32,000 nucleotides of DNA from Pseudodesulfovibrio mercurii (GCF_000189295.2 NC_016803.1:2580001-2612000), one strand, 5' to 3'. Shown: positions 7,623-15,597, counted from the stretch's first letter. The notes: a model not told the origin generated them from the letters alone. Translations and numbers: made by a program.

Positions 7623-8105
7623 TTATTGCTCAGCCTGCTTGATAAGCAGCTTGATGTAGTGATTGAGCCGTTTTTCCCTGACCTCGCCTATGAACCGCCA
7701 TTTTTCGACACCATCGGCTCCATAGAGGATCGTCTGGGGAATCGGCTTGTTGCGATGGGAATCGACAACCTCGCTGTTGGACAGGAGGACCGGAAAGGGC
7801 AACGGATGTTCGGACAAGAACTCCCTCGCGTGGTCCCTGTCCGTGTCCAGCGAGACCCCGAGGATGCGGAGATCCTTTTCCGGGTAGCTGTCGCGCAGGG
7901 CCCCGAGCTGGGAAAGGTAGACCCGGCAATGCGGGCACCACGACGCCCAATAGACCAGCAGCAACGGCCGGCCGTCTTCCGCCTGAATCCGTTCGTTCAG
8001 GTCTCGCGCCCCGGTCACGTCCACCGGTCCGGCCTGCGCCGCCGGGCAGATGTTCAACAGCAGCGCCAGGACCGAAACGAAAAACACCATGTTTCCACGT
8101 CGCAT
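7623..8105 (-). CDS. TlpA/ResA-family periplasmic thiol:disulfide oxidoreductase (thioredoxin fold)
   Basis: 160-aa ORF. The signal peptide is VFFVSVLALLLNICPAAQA/GP. It contains LLVYWASWCPHCRVYLSQL with a WCPHC redox motif and the downstream ILGVSLD block typical of the TlpA/AhpC-TSA fold. Confidence 0.85.
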   Translation of the reverse strand: MRRGNMVFFVSVLALLLNICPAAQAGPVDVTGARDLNERIQAEDGRPLLLVYWASWCPHCRVYLSQLGALRDSYPEKDLRILGVSLDTDRDHAREFLSEHPLPFPVLLSNSEVVDSHRNKPIPQTILYGADGVEKWRFIGEVREKRLNHYIKLLIKQAEQ

Positions 8106-8210
8106 GACACGTTCCTATTGGGGAGGAAGGGCGGTTCGATGCACGAAAACGCCCCTCGGGTTTACAGGTGAAGCGGGAAGGCGGAAGGCTGTGCCGACGG
8201 CATCGGCGGC

Positions 8211-9548
8211 CTAGAACGCCCCTTTGTCGGCGGCGACCACGTCGTCCCAGTCCGGCGGCAGCTCGACCTCGCGGGTTACGGGCCCCTTGGCCCCGAACCA
8301 GCCGGGGACGATGATGTTCTTCATTCCGTTGCCCCCCGCGTAGAGGATCAGCAGGTGGTCCGTCTCCGGCGCGGCAATGACCGGTTCCCCGGGGTGTTCG
8401 GCGAGCGTCCTGGTCACCCCCTGCTTCCAGAAATCATTGGCGAACCATTTTTCGTATTCCCCTTTGGGGATGGGGTTCTGTTCGCGGAGTTCCTTGCGGA
8501 TTCTCTCCTTGGTATAGCCTTCGTGCGCGAGCTGATAGGCGGTGTCGCCCGGGATGACCACCAGGATGGTGGGCCACCGGGGACGCTGGTAGGCCAGTCC
8601 GGCCAGGTGGCGACCCATGAGGCGCATCACGTCCGGGCCGCTCCAGCCGTGGGCCACGGCGACGCGCCAGCCTTCCGCGCCGAGCACGGTGACGGCGTTG
8701 GCGTCGGCCGGCAGGCCCATATCCTCGTTGAACGAAGGCCATGGGTTGCCATCCGGATTCTCCACGATGACCATGCCGTGTTCCGCCGGTGAACCGAGGC
8801 AGGACATGTCCGTGATGCCGGGCCAGCTGCCGCCGATGTTGTTGATGATCAGTTGCAGGGCGCGGCCGATGGAGGCGTTTCCCCGGTTGCCGCGCCCCAT
8901 GACGTTGAACCCGGTGTTCAGGCCGATCTGCCTGGCGATCGGGCCGGTGATGATGATGCAGGGAACGTCGGGGCTGGTGGTCGTGGACATGCCGCGCAGG
9001 TCGAAGTCCGGGTCCGCGATGGCCCGGACCGCCGCGATCAGGATGGGCATGTGCACCGGGCGGCAGCCCGCCATGATCGCGTTCACGGCGATTTTCTCCA
9101 CCGTGGCCACGCCGTTCATGGGCGCGAGGGTGGCCACCTCATATGCTCTTTCGAGATCGGTGCCCGTGAGCATGCTCTTCAGACGTTCGAAGGTCGGGAC
9201 GACGACGGGCAGCCCGTCGGTCCAGCCGCGCTTGTAGAAAAGATCGTTGATGGCGGCGCTTCCGTCACCCCGGACGCGCATCCTTTCCACGTCCGTTTCG
9301 GGGAATTCGCCCGCAAGGGGAGGATATTCGAGGCCCATGGAGTCCCTCACACGGCGAAGCGCCATGTCCACGAACGAGCCGTCATCGCGAACCCCGGCCG
9401 GGTTGCAGACCCAGACGATGTCGTCGCCGCCGAGATCCGTTACCGGGGACTGCCCGGCCAGGGATTCGGGGACGCTCCCCGCTCCGAGGCTCCACAACAG
9501 GGCCATGAGGGCGATCAGCGCGCCGCCTTGCAACCTTTTGCTGCCCAT
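8211..9548 (-). CDS. secreted protein of unrecognised family; paralog of the C-terminal domain of the adjacent selenoprotein
   Basis: 445-aa ORF with an AAGGAGG RBS and a signal-peptide-like GGALIALMALLWSLGAGS. It aligns by eye with 9609-10862. KRGWTDGLPVVVPTFERLKSMLTGT matches KRKWSGGMPIIPPTPEAVAAMLKGT. VEKIAVNAIMAGCRPVHMPILIAAVRAIADPDFDLRGMSTTTSPDVPCIIITGPIARQIGLN matches VELVAALGVMSGCKPEHMPLLLSTIKAFSDPRVDWQGCNTTTAATVPVVIISGPILDKLGIG. Confidence 0.8.
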   Translation of the reverse strand: MGSKRLQGGALIALMALLWSLGAGSVPESLAGQSPVTDLGGDDIVWVCNPAGVRDDGSFVDMALRRVRDSMGLEYPPLAGEFPETDVERMRVRGDGSAAINDLFYKRGWTDGLPVVVPTFERLKSMLTGTDLERAYEVATLAPMNGVATVEKIAVNAIMAGCRPVHMPILIAAVRAIADPDFDLRGMSTTTSPDVPCIIITGPIARQIGLNTGFNVMGRGNRGNASIGRALQLIINNIGGSWPGITDMSCLGSPAEHGMVIVENPDGNPWPSFNEDMGLPADANAVTVLGAEGWRVAVAHGWSGPDVMRLMGRHLAGLAYQRPRWPTILVVIPGDTAYQLAHEGYTKERIRKELREQNPIPKGEYEKWFANDFWKQGVTRTLAEHPGEPVIAAPETDHLLILYAGGNGMKNIIVPGWFGAKGPVTREVELPPDWDDVVAADKGAF

Positions 9549-9608
9549 GCCGTCCCCTCCTTTTGGAAGGAGCCCGGCCCACTCGGGCCGGGCTCCTGTT
9601 TGTATCGG

Positions 9609-11360
9609 TTAGTCCTCAATCAGGACGGACACCGGTTGCGTCACGGTTGCGAACGGCAGCCACAGCTGGGACTGCTTGCCGGGACCGCCGGTAACCACGA
9701 TGTGGAATGAATCGGGGTTCATGAAGCGCGGCATGAGCGTCTCGCCGTCGTAGTCCTTGACGAAGTCCGGCGGCATGCAGCCGAGAGGTCCGGACGTGTA
9801 GTACTTGAACGGCTTGACGGTATGCTTCTGCATGAACGCCTTCACATCGGCCTTGTTGGGGAAGTCCTTGTAGATGGTCGCCGCGTGTTCCGGGCAGAGC
9901 ATCATGAAGGCGAAGGTGATCTGGTTGTAGCGCTTTCCGCTCGGCTTGCCGTATTCCGCGTAGCACGCGCCGATGCCGCTGGCCGCTCCGGACACACCGC
10001 TGGAAAGGGTGTCGAGCAGGGCGGAACCCGAGGCGCTGTTGTGATCCACGTTGGCGTTGCCGGGGTAGGCGCCGAACACCGTCACGACGTTGTCCGTGGC
10101 CTTGAAGCCCATTTCCTCGGCGTAGGTCTGCTTCCACGGCGTTTCCTTGGCGTTTTCACCGAAGACCGCCGCGACATGGTCGCTGGGCATTCCCTGCGTG
10201 CTCTTGTCGATGACCGGCGGGACGGAGCCGCCGACAAGGTCGCCGACAAGGTTGATGAAGTAGCCGAGCGCACTGTTCACGGGCATGAAACTGCCCAGTT
10301 CGCCGGTCGAATAGCCGATGCCCAGCTTGTCGAGGATCGGCCCGCTGATGATGACCACCGGCACGGTGGCGGCGGTGGTCGTGTTGCAGCCCTGCCAATC
10401 CACCCGCGGGTCGCTGAAGGCCTTGATCGTGGACAGAAGCAGAGGCATGTGCTCGGGCTTGCAGCCGGACATCACGCCCAGGGCGGCAACGAGTTCAACC
10501 GTCAGTTGGCCCATGCGCGGGGGCACGTTCCAGAGCACTTCGGAGGGGTCGTGCCTGGTGCCCTTGAGCATGGCCGCCACGGCTTCGGGAGTGGGCGGAA
10601 TGATCGGCATGCCGCCGGACCACTTGCGCTTCGCGAAGATGGCGTTCAGATCCGCGTAGGTTCCGGTGATCTTCACCCGCCGCGCGGGATAGGGGGGCAT
10701 TGCCTTTGTATCCTGGGCAGCCTGCGGCTTCCAGTTCAAGGCAGCGTCGATGATGGCCGGGAAGGCCTTGTCGGCTTTGGCCCGGACCTCTTCAAGGGGA
10801 ATCATTCCGATGGGATGCGGCACTTCGACAAAGCACATGTCGGAGATGCCGATACTGGCCATGGTCCCTCGGGCGAGCCCGAGGAAGGAGTTGGTCGCGA
10901 CGGTAACGGTGGGGATGCCAAGCTGCTCAACGTTGGACTGGTCAACTACCAGCCATGAAGTGCAGGAGCCTCAATCGCATTGGGAGGCGATCACCAGATC
11001 CGCTCCCATGTCCTTGAGCGCCTTCGCGATGCGCTTGGATTCCACCTTGTTGCCCGAGATCTTGTTCAGGGAGGGGTCAACTTCCCAGGCCTTGACGATC
11101 TTGGCCGAGGGGTACTTTTCGGCCATCAATTCCGTCAGCCGCTGCAGGAAATTGTTGCCGTTGTGCTTGCCGTTCCAGCGAAACACTATGGTCTTCCCTT
11201 CGAGGGTGTCGGGACGCGCCGCGGGCTTGATGTTCGCCTGTTTGACGACGCCGGTTGGGTTGAGGACCTCCCATTCCTGCGCCTGCTCGGCGGCTATTGC
11301 GGGGGAGGTCAGCAGGCCCAGTAGAGCCAGCAGGAAAAGGCCGATTCGTATCTTCATCAT
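9609..11360 (-). CDS. exported UGSC-motif selenoprotein (GrdB/PrdB-like Sec segment) fused to an uncharacterised ~400-aa domain; in-frame TGA at 10973-10971 read as Sec
   Basis: Track ORFs 10971..11393 and 9609..10862 share one frame (1785 nt = 595 codons). One TGA and 36 stop-free codons separate them: ...KDMGADLVIASQCD-U-GSCTSWLVVDQSNVEQLGIPTVTVATNSFLGLARGT-MASIGISDMCFVEVPHPIGMIP. The start is ATG 11360 or 11357, just after AAGGAG (11369-11364). The signal peptide is MKIRIGLFLLALLGLLTSPAIA/AEQ. The stop is TAA at 9611-9609. Confidence 0.7.
10935..10954 (-). promoter_or_regulatory. candidate bacterial SECIS hairpin
   Basis: On the coding strand, 16 nt after the TGA, the sequence is GGCUGGU-AGUUG-ACCAGUCC. 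This forms a 7-bp stem with one G:U pair and a 5-nt apical loop containing GU. Its position fits the usual 16-37 nt window between UGA and loop. Folded by eye only. Confidence 0.4.
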
Positions 11361-11389
11361 TTTCTCCTTTTGCCCAAGGCGGAGCCCCG

Positions 11390-12103
11390 TCACTTCACAC
11401 CGGTGCTCTTATCCCGGGACAGTTTTTCGAACCACAACGGATTATGCCTTTGCACGAAATTCAGCGGCACCAGGCCGGTAAGCATGGAGCGCATGGCCGG
11501 ACCCTCGCCCGGGGCGAGTGCGGCCATGTAGATGTGGACAGGGATGAAGATGGCCATCAGCCCCGCGCAGGCGAAGTGAATGAGCAGGTACCAACGCATC
11601 AACGCCTCGCTTTCCGGCCCGCCCGAGAAAAGAAGCATGAGAACGCCGGTCGCCGCCAGGCCCAGGCCGCACAACACCGCAAAGACGGCCACGATCTTCT
11701 GCCCCGCGTTGTAGAAGCCTTGGGGAGGAAGGGTCGCGTCCAGGCCGAGCCGGCCCATGAGGCGTGCGCCCAGCACCAGCGAGAGCCCCTTGCGCAGGCA
11801 CCACTTCAGGTCGTCCTTCAGGTGCAACCGGGTGATCTCATACAGGAATGGGATCGCGACCGACGGGGTCCGCAGGAGCAGGAACAGCAGATAGGCCGCG
11901 ATCCACAGGCAGCCGAGGGCGACGTGCAGCCGCAGCACGCCCAGGGAGCCGAGCATTCCGGTCCACAGATCCGACCACCACTGGCCGATGGGCTGCATGT
12001 CGGGATTCGCGAGCATTCCGAATCCGGTAAAGGTGAGCAGAAGCCAGCATGCGGCGTTGAACCAATGCATCAATATCGCGCTGAACGCGTGTCGGCGGAT
12101 CAT
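11390..12103 (-). CDS. membrane di-haem cytochrome b subunit (FdnI/PhsC/Ni-Fe-hydrogenase cytochrome b family)
   Basis: Lies within ORF 11390..12208. The start is ATG 12103, overlapping the upstream TGA (ATGA coupling). MIRRHAFSAILMHWFNAACWLLL...LRLHVALG...IHFACAGLMAIFIPVHIY contains conserved His residues in TM helices, as in b-type cytochrome anchors. Confidence 0.8.
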   Translation of the reverse strand: MIRRHAFSAILMHWFNAACWLLLTFTGFGMLANPDMQPIGQWWSDLWTGMLGSLGVLRLHVALGCLWIAAYLLFLLLRTPSVAIPFLYEITRLHLKDDLKWCLRKGLSLVLGARLMGRLGLDATLPPQGFYNAGQKIVAVFAVLCGLGLAATGVLMLLFSGGPESEALMRWYLLIHFACAGLMAIFIPVHIYMAALAPGEGPAMRSMLTGLVPLNFVQRHNPLWFEKLSRDKSTGVK

Positions 12104-12828
12104 GCCTGCTCCCCCTTGTCCCCATGTGTGTCCTCGGCAAGGCCGGGACAGAAAAGATGTTCGACAAACACGCCCGCCACTCCGAACAAGGCCAGGCCTC
12201 CCAGCCATTTCACGCCCTTGGAGACGATGGCCATGGCAGCCAGCCCCTCGGGCATCCGGACTTCACCGGGCCAGTCGGTGGGGGTTGTGGCCCCCAGATA
12301 GGTGAGCGTGGGCCGGGTGTCCCGGCTCGACGGGACGACATGGACGTTCACGTTGGCCGCCAGCACCGCCGAGACGGGATCTTGGGGATCGTCGGCGTTC
12401 CCGAAGATGCGGCAATTCATGGGGCAGACCTGCACGCAGGCCGGAGGCTGGCCCGGCACCCCGGCGTCGCGGCAGTAGTCGCACTTGTCCGCCGTGCCCG
12501 TATGCGGATTCAGGAAACGGGCGTTGTACGGACAGGCGGCCACGCAGCCGCCGCAGCCGATACAGCGGTCATGGTCGACGACCACGCTGCCGTCCCCGGC
12601 CTTGTAGGTTGCGCCGGTGGGACAGGCCTCCACGCAGCTCGGCTTGTCGCAATGCATGCACGCTCCGGGCTGGTAGCGCAGCCCGGTGGGAGAATCCGGG
12701 GCCGGGGTCTCGCGAACCCAGTTCCGGGTCAGGGAGTAAGGCACCCCGTTCCGTTGTTGGCAGGCCACGATGCACGCCTTGCAGTTCACGCACCGGGTTG
12801 CGTCGATCGCCATGACATACCGAGCCAT
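12100..12828 (-). CDS. 4Fe-4S ferredoxin-type electron-transfer subunit with C-terminal TM anchor (FdnH/PsrB/PhsB-like)
   Basis: 242-aa ORF whose ATG lies immediately after the TAA of the catalytic subunit. Four Cys clusters are present: CVNCKACIVAC, CMHCDKPSCVEACP, CIGCGGCVAACP, CDYC...CVQVCP. A hydrophobic tail, WLGGLALFGVAGVFVEHLF, follows. Confidence 0.9.
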   Translation of the reverse strand: MARYVMAIDATRCVNCKACIVACQQRNGVPYSLTRNWVRETPAPDSPTGLRYQPGACMHCDKPSCVEACPTGATYKAGDGSVVVDHDRCIGCGGCVAACPYNARFLNPHTGTADKCDYCRDAGVPGQPPACVQVCPMNCRIFGNADDPQDPVSAVLAANVNVHVVPSSRDTRPTLTYLGATTPTDWPGEVRMPEGLAAMAIVSKGVKWLGGLALFGVAGVFVEHLFCPGLAEDTHGDKGEQA

Positions 12829-14997
12829 TTATGCCCCCTGCAGTTTGCGGATCGTGCAGCCGACGCCGTTGACCTGGGAGGAAATGCGATCCCAGTAGTT
12901 GGGCACGATCAGGTTGATGTGATCGCTCCGGTTTTGCGCGAATGGAGCGGTCCTGTTGAAATGCGACGGGGTGAACACGATGCCGGGCACGATCTCGGCG
13001 CACAGTTCCACTCTCGCCTCCAGGCTTCCGGTGGCGGTCTCGAGGGCCACCATGTCGCCGTCCTTCACCCCCATTTCCGCCGCGGTATCCGGATGGATGT
13101 TGACGAAACGTCCGTGGGAGAACCTGGACAGCGCCTCGGAATAGTTCGTCAAGGTCTGCTGCCATTGGGTCAACACCTTGCCTTGCAGCAGCACCAGCGG
13201 GTACTTGGGGTCGTTGTCACGCCCCTGGGGATTGCCGCGGGGGTAGGACCAGTTGATGCGGCCGAACACGCTGTCATCTACCGGCATCCTGCCGTCCGGG
13301 GTCAGGAGCTTGCCCTGGGTGAAGGACGTCCCCAGCCGTTCGGGATCGTTCTCGTGGTAACGCGGCCAGACCATGCCGCCCTGGGCCTTGCGCAGGCGCT
13401 CCAGGGTCAGCCCCCGCCAGGAGGGCACCAGGGAGACGAACAGACGGTACAGGTCCTCGGGCCGCTCGAACCGGGGATACCTGTCGCCGGCGATGCGCCG
13501 CCCGATGTCCCGGTAGAACTGCCAGTCGGGCACGCAGGACCCCGGCGCATCCACGACCTTTTCGCGCCAGACCACCTGCTTTTCCGCGCCGTAGTGCGAC
13601 CCTTGGCTTTCCGGGGAGAACGTCGCGGGCATGAACAGATTCGCCACCTCGGCCTCTTCGGTCAGGAAGAAGCCGCGATGCACCACGAAGGGGACCTTCT
13701 GTATGGCCGCGCGGACGTTCTTGCTGTCCGGGTAGCGGCGGTAGGAGGAGTTGAGAAACAGGATGTCGAGTTGGCCCTTGCTCATGGCCCTGAACAACCG
13801 TCGGAAGTTCATCCTGGGCTTGTCGTTGGGGCCGCAGATGTGGTCGATGAATTCGTCCTCTCCGGCGGGCTTGCCCCCTTCCATGGTCAGCAGGCCCTTG
13901 CCGCTGCCGATGAGGTTGTCGCGCAGCCCCTGGAGCAGCATGACGGCCCGCAGGCTCTGGATGCCGTTGGTGTAGCGCGACAGGGAACCGCCGAGCCAGA
14001 TGATGGTCCTTCGGCTCCTGCCCAGGGTGTCGGCGAATTCCTCCACCAGTTCTTTCGGTACGCCCGTGATTCCGGCGACCTTTTCCAGGGTGTACGGCTC
14101 TACGTCCTCCCGCAGCATGTCGAGATCGGAGATCAGCTGCCCGGCCCGGTCGGCGTCATAGCTGCCGGTCGCCAGAATGTGCCGGATCGCGCCCATGGCC
14201 ATGGCGCCGTCGGTTCCGGGCCGGGGAGAGAGCTGGCTGGAACAGCACAGGCTGGTGCGCGTGCGCCTTGGATCGAGGTAGACGATGTTCACGCCCGCAT
14301 TCCGCGCCTTGTCCAGCCAATTGCTGTAGGGCGGATACAGTTCGGCGATATTCGCGCCCCAGAGGACGAGGGTCTCGCAGTTGCATATCTCGTTGACCGT
14401 GGTGGTGGAGGTGTTCACCCCGGTCATGAGGCCGAGCATGTTGGAGGCGCTGCTGATGCACACCTCGCCCGCAGGCATCAAGTTCCTGCTGCCCATGAAG
14501 GAAAGGGTCATTTCGGCGGCCAGTTCGCTCTCCCGGCAATCCCACAGGGGCCCCGTGAGGGCGATGCGGTCCCCGGCCGTTTCGCCGTGCTCGCGTTGAC
14601 AGGCCTCGACCCGCTGGACAATGAGATCAAGGGCGTCGGTATACGCAATGGGCTTCCAGGTACCGTCCGGTTGCTTCAGGAGGGGCTCGGTGATCCTCGA
14701 CGGGCTGCGCACCAGCTCCACCAGGGAGAGTCCCTTGGGACACATGGTCCCATGGGTCCAGGGATTGTCCGGCTCGCCGACCAGGCTCTCGATCCGGCCA
14801 TTGCGGACCAGCGCCGTATAGGTGCACCTGACCTGACAAAAAGGACAGTATCCCTTGACCTTGGTGATCTCGCCCTTGGGTCGCGCCCCACGCAGGTTCA
14901 GGGCCTGGGCGGGGGCGGCGTCCGCCGCCGCCACGCCTCCTGCCAACAGCGCGGAACTCAACCGGAGAAATCGCCGCCTAGAATAACTTTCGCTCAT
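12829..14997 (-). CDS. Tat-exported molybdopterin (bis-MGD) oxidoreductase catalytic subunit, Psr/Phs/Ttr-like
   Basis: Lies within ORF 12829..15012; the preferred start is ATG 14997, after GAGAGAGG. The twin-arginine signal is MSESYSRRRFLRLSSALLAGGVAAADA. The N-terminal FeS motif is CPFCQVRCTY...CPKG, and a likely Cys Mo-ligand region reads AGEVCISSASN. Its length (~722 aa) is typical of PsrA/PhsA-type enzymes. The substrate cannot be read from the sequence. Confidence 0.9.
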   Translation of the reverse strand: MSESYSRRRFLRLSSALLAGGVAAADAAPAQALNLRGARPKGEITKVKGYCPFCQVRCTYTALVRNGRIESLVGEPDNPWTHGTMCPKGLSLVELVRSPSRITEPLLKQPDGTWKPIAYTDALDLIVQRVEACQREHGETAGDRIALTGPLWDCRESELAAEMTLSFMGSRNLMPAGEVCISSASNMLGLMTGVNTSTTTVNEICNCETLVLWGANIAELYPPYSNWLDKARNAGVNIVYLDPRRTRTSLCCSSQLSPRPGTDGAMAMGAIRHILATGSYDADRAGQLISDLDMLREDVEPYTLEKVAGITGVPKELVEEFADTLGRSRRTIIWLGGSLSRYTNGIQSLRAVMLLQGLRDNLIGSGKGLLTMEGGKPAGEDEFIDHICGPNDKPRMNFRRLFRAMSKGQLDILFLNSSYRRYPDSKNVRAAIQKVPFVVHRGFFLTEEAEVANLFMPATFSPESQGSHYGAEKQVVWREKVVDAPGSCVPDWQFYRDIGRRIAGDRYPRFERPEDLYRLFVSLVPSWRGLTLERLRKAQGGMVWPRYHENDPERLGTSFTQGKLLTPDGRMPVDDSVFGRINWSYPRGNPQGRDNDPKYPLVLLQGKVLTQWQQTLTNYSEALSRFSHGRFVNIHPDTAAEMGVKDGDMVALETATGSLEARVELCAEIVPGIVFTPSHFNRTAPFAQNRSDHINLIVPNYWDRISSQVNGVGCTIRKLQGA

Positions 14998-15042
14998 TAC
15001 CGCCTCTCTCACTGGACGCCCTGTCGGTGTCGGTTGCCAGTA

Positions 15043-15369
15043 TCAGCAGGTACAATCGCTGGCGATGCCTTTGATCGTCGTGTTCCAACGCAGCTTTTCC
15101 ATCTGATCAGCGGGGATGTTCAGTTCCTCGAGATCGTCGTAATTCTGGAAGCCGCCCAGGTCTTCGCGGAGTTGTATGATCTTCTTGGCCAGATCCAGGT
15201 CCACCACGCCGGTGGCCGCCAACTCCTCGGCGGTGACGCTGTTCAGTTCCAGGCGCTGTTTCACTTCCTTCCGTTCGCTCTCGGCCTGAACGTCCGTGCA
15301 AACACCCAGGGTGAACGCCGGGATGAGAAGCGCCCATGTCAACGAGAGAATGGCCATCATCTTTTTCAT
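15043..15369 (-). CDS. small exported helix-hairpin-helix (ComEA-like) protein
   Basis: Lies within ORF 15043..15483; the preferred start is ATG 15369, after GAAGGGAAAAAAG. The signal peptide is MKKMMAILSLTWALLIPAFTLGV. LELNSVTAEELAATGVVDLDLAKKIIQLREDLGGFQNYDDLEEL fits the ComEA HhH motif. The protein ends ...GIASDCTC. Confidence 0.7.
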   Translation of the reverse strand: MKKMMAILSLTWALLIPAFTLGVCTDVQAESERKEVKQRLELNSVTAEELAATGVVDLDLAKKIIQLREDLGGFQNYDDLEELNIPADQMEKLRWNTTIKGIASDCTC

Positions 15370-15464
15370 GTCTTTTTTCCCTTCTATTCCAAGTTGCTTG
15401 GTCCTCAGACGCCCACTGCGGGGCCCGTGCCCCTTGTGCAGCGTCGAATACCTTCTACGTCCCG

Positions 15465-15513
15465 ATTGTAAAAAGCCGTTCAATCGGGTGTGTTGAATTG
15501 TAATTCATTGTAA
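15465..15513 (-). promoter_or_regulatory. three TTACAAT direct repeats (candidate OmpR-type response-regulator binding sites) upstream of the operon
   Basis: The minus strand reads TTACAATgaaTTACAATtca...(25 nt)...TTACAAT. Plus-strand attgtaa copies lie at 15507-15513, 15497-15503 and 15465-15471. The first two are spaced exactly 10 bp start to start. The third lies inside an 8-bp hairpin, cccgattg/caatcggg. All are 96-145 nt upstream of ATG 15369. Confidence 0.4.
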
Positions 15514-15520
15514 AATGGGG

Positions 15521-15539
15521 ACCGGGCCGAGGCCCGGAC
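15521..15539 (-). terminator. weak terminator-like hairpin after the histidine-kinase gene
   Basis: On the minus strand, a CCGGG...CCCGG GC-stem is followed by tccccatttta. The stem is short, so support is low. Confidence 0.3.
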
Positions 15540-15597
15540 AAAGCGGCGAAAGGGGATGGACGGACGAGCCCAGCGGGGGGATGCCGGGCGGTCCCTC

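Noticed and set aside
15040-15045. TGA ending the ComEA-like gene is in frame with the Mo-oxidoreductase ORF (…DCTC-TGA-YWQPTPTGRPVREAVMSESYSRRRFL…); considered as a second Sec codon
   Set aside because: Read-through would bury the twin-arginine signal in the middle of a fusion protein. The 15 intervening codons look like spacer carrying the RBS GAGAGAGG. No convincing hairpin follows. An in-frame arrangement is expected by chance one time in three.
12124-15471. 1115-aa plus-strand ORF spanning the Mo-oxidoreductase locus
   Set aside because: It is antisense to three genes with unmistakable motifs (Tat signal, FeS clusters, HhH). Its translation is Arg/Gly/His/Pro/Ala-rich with no motif. This is a typical GC-rich shadow frame.
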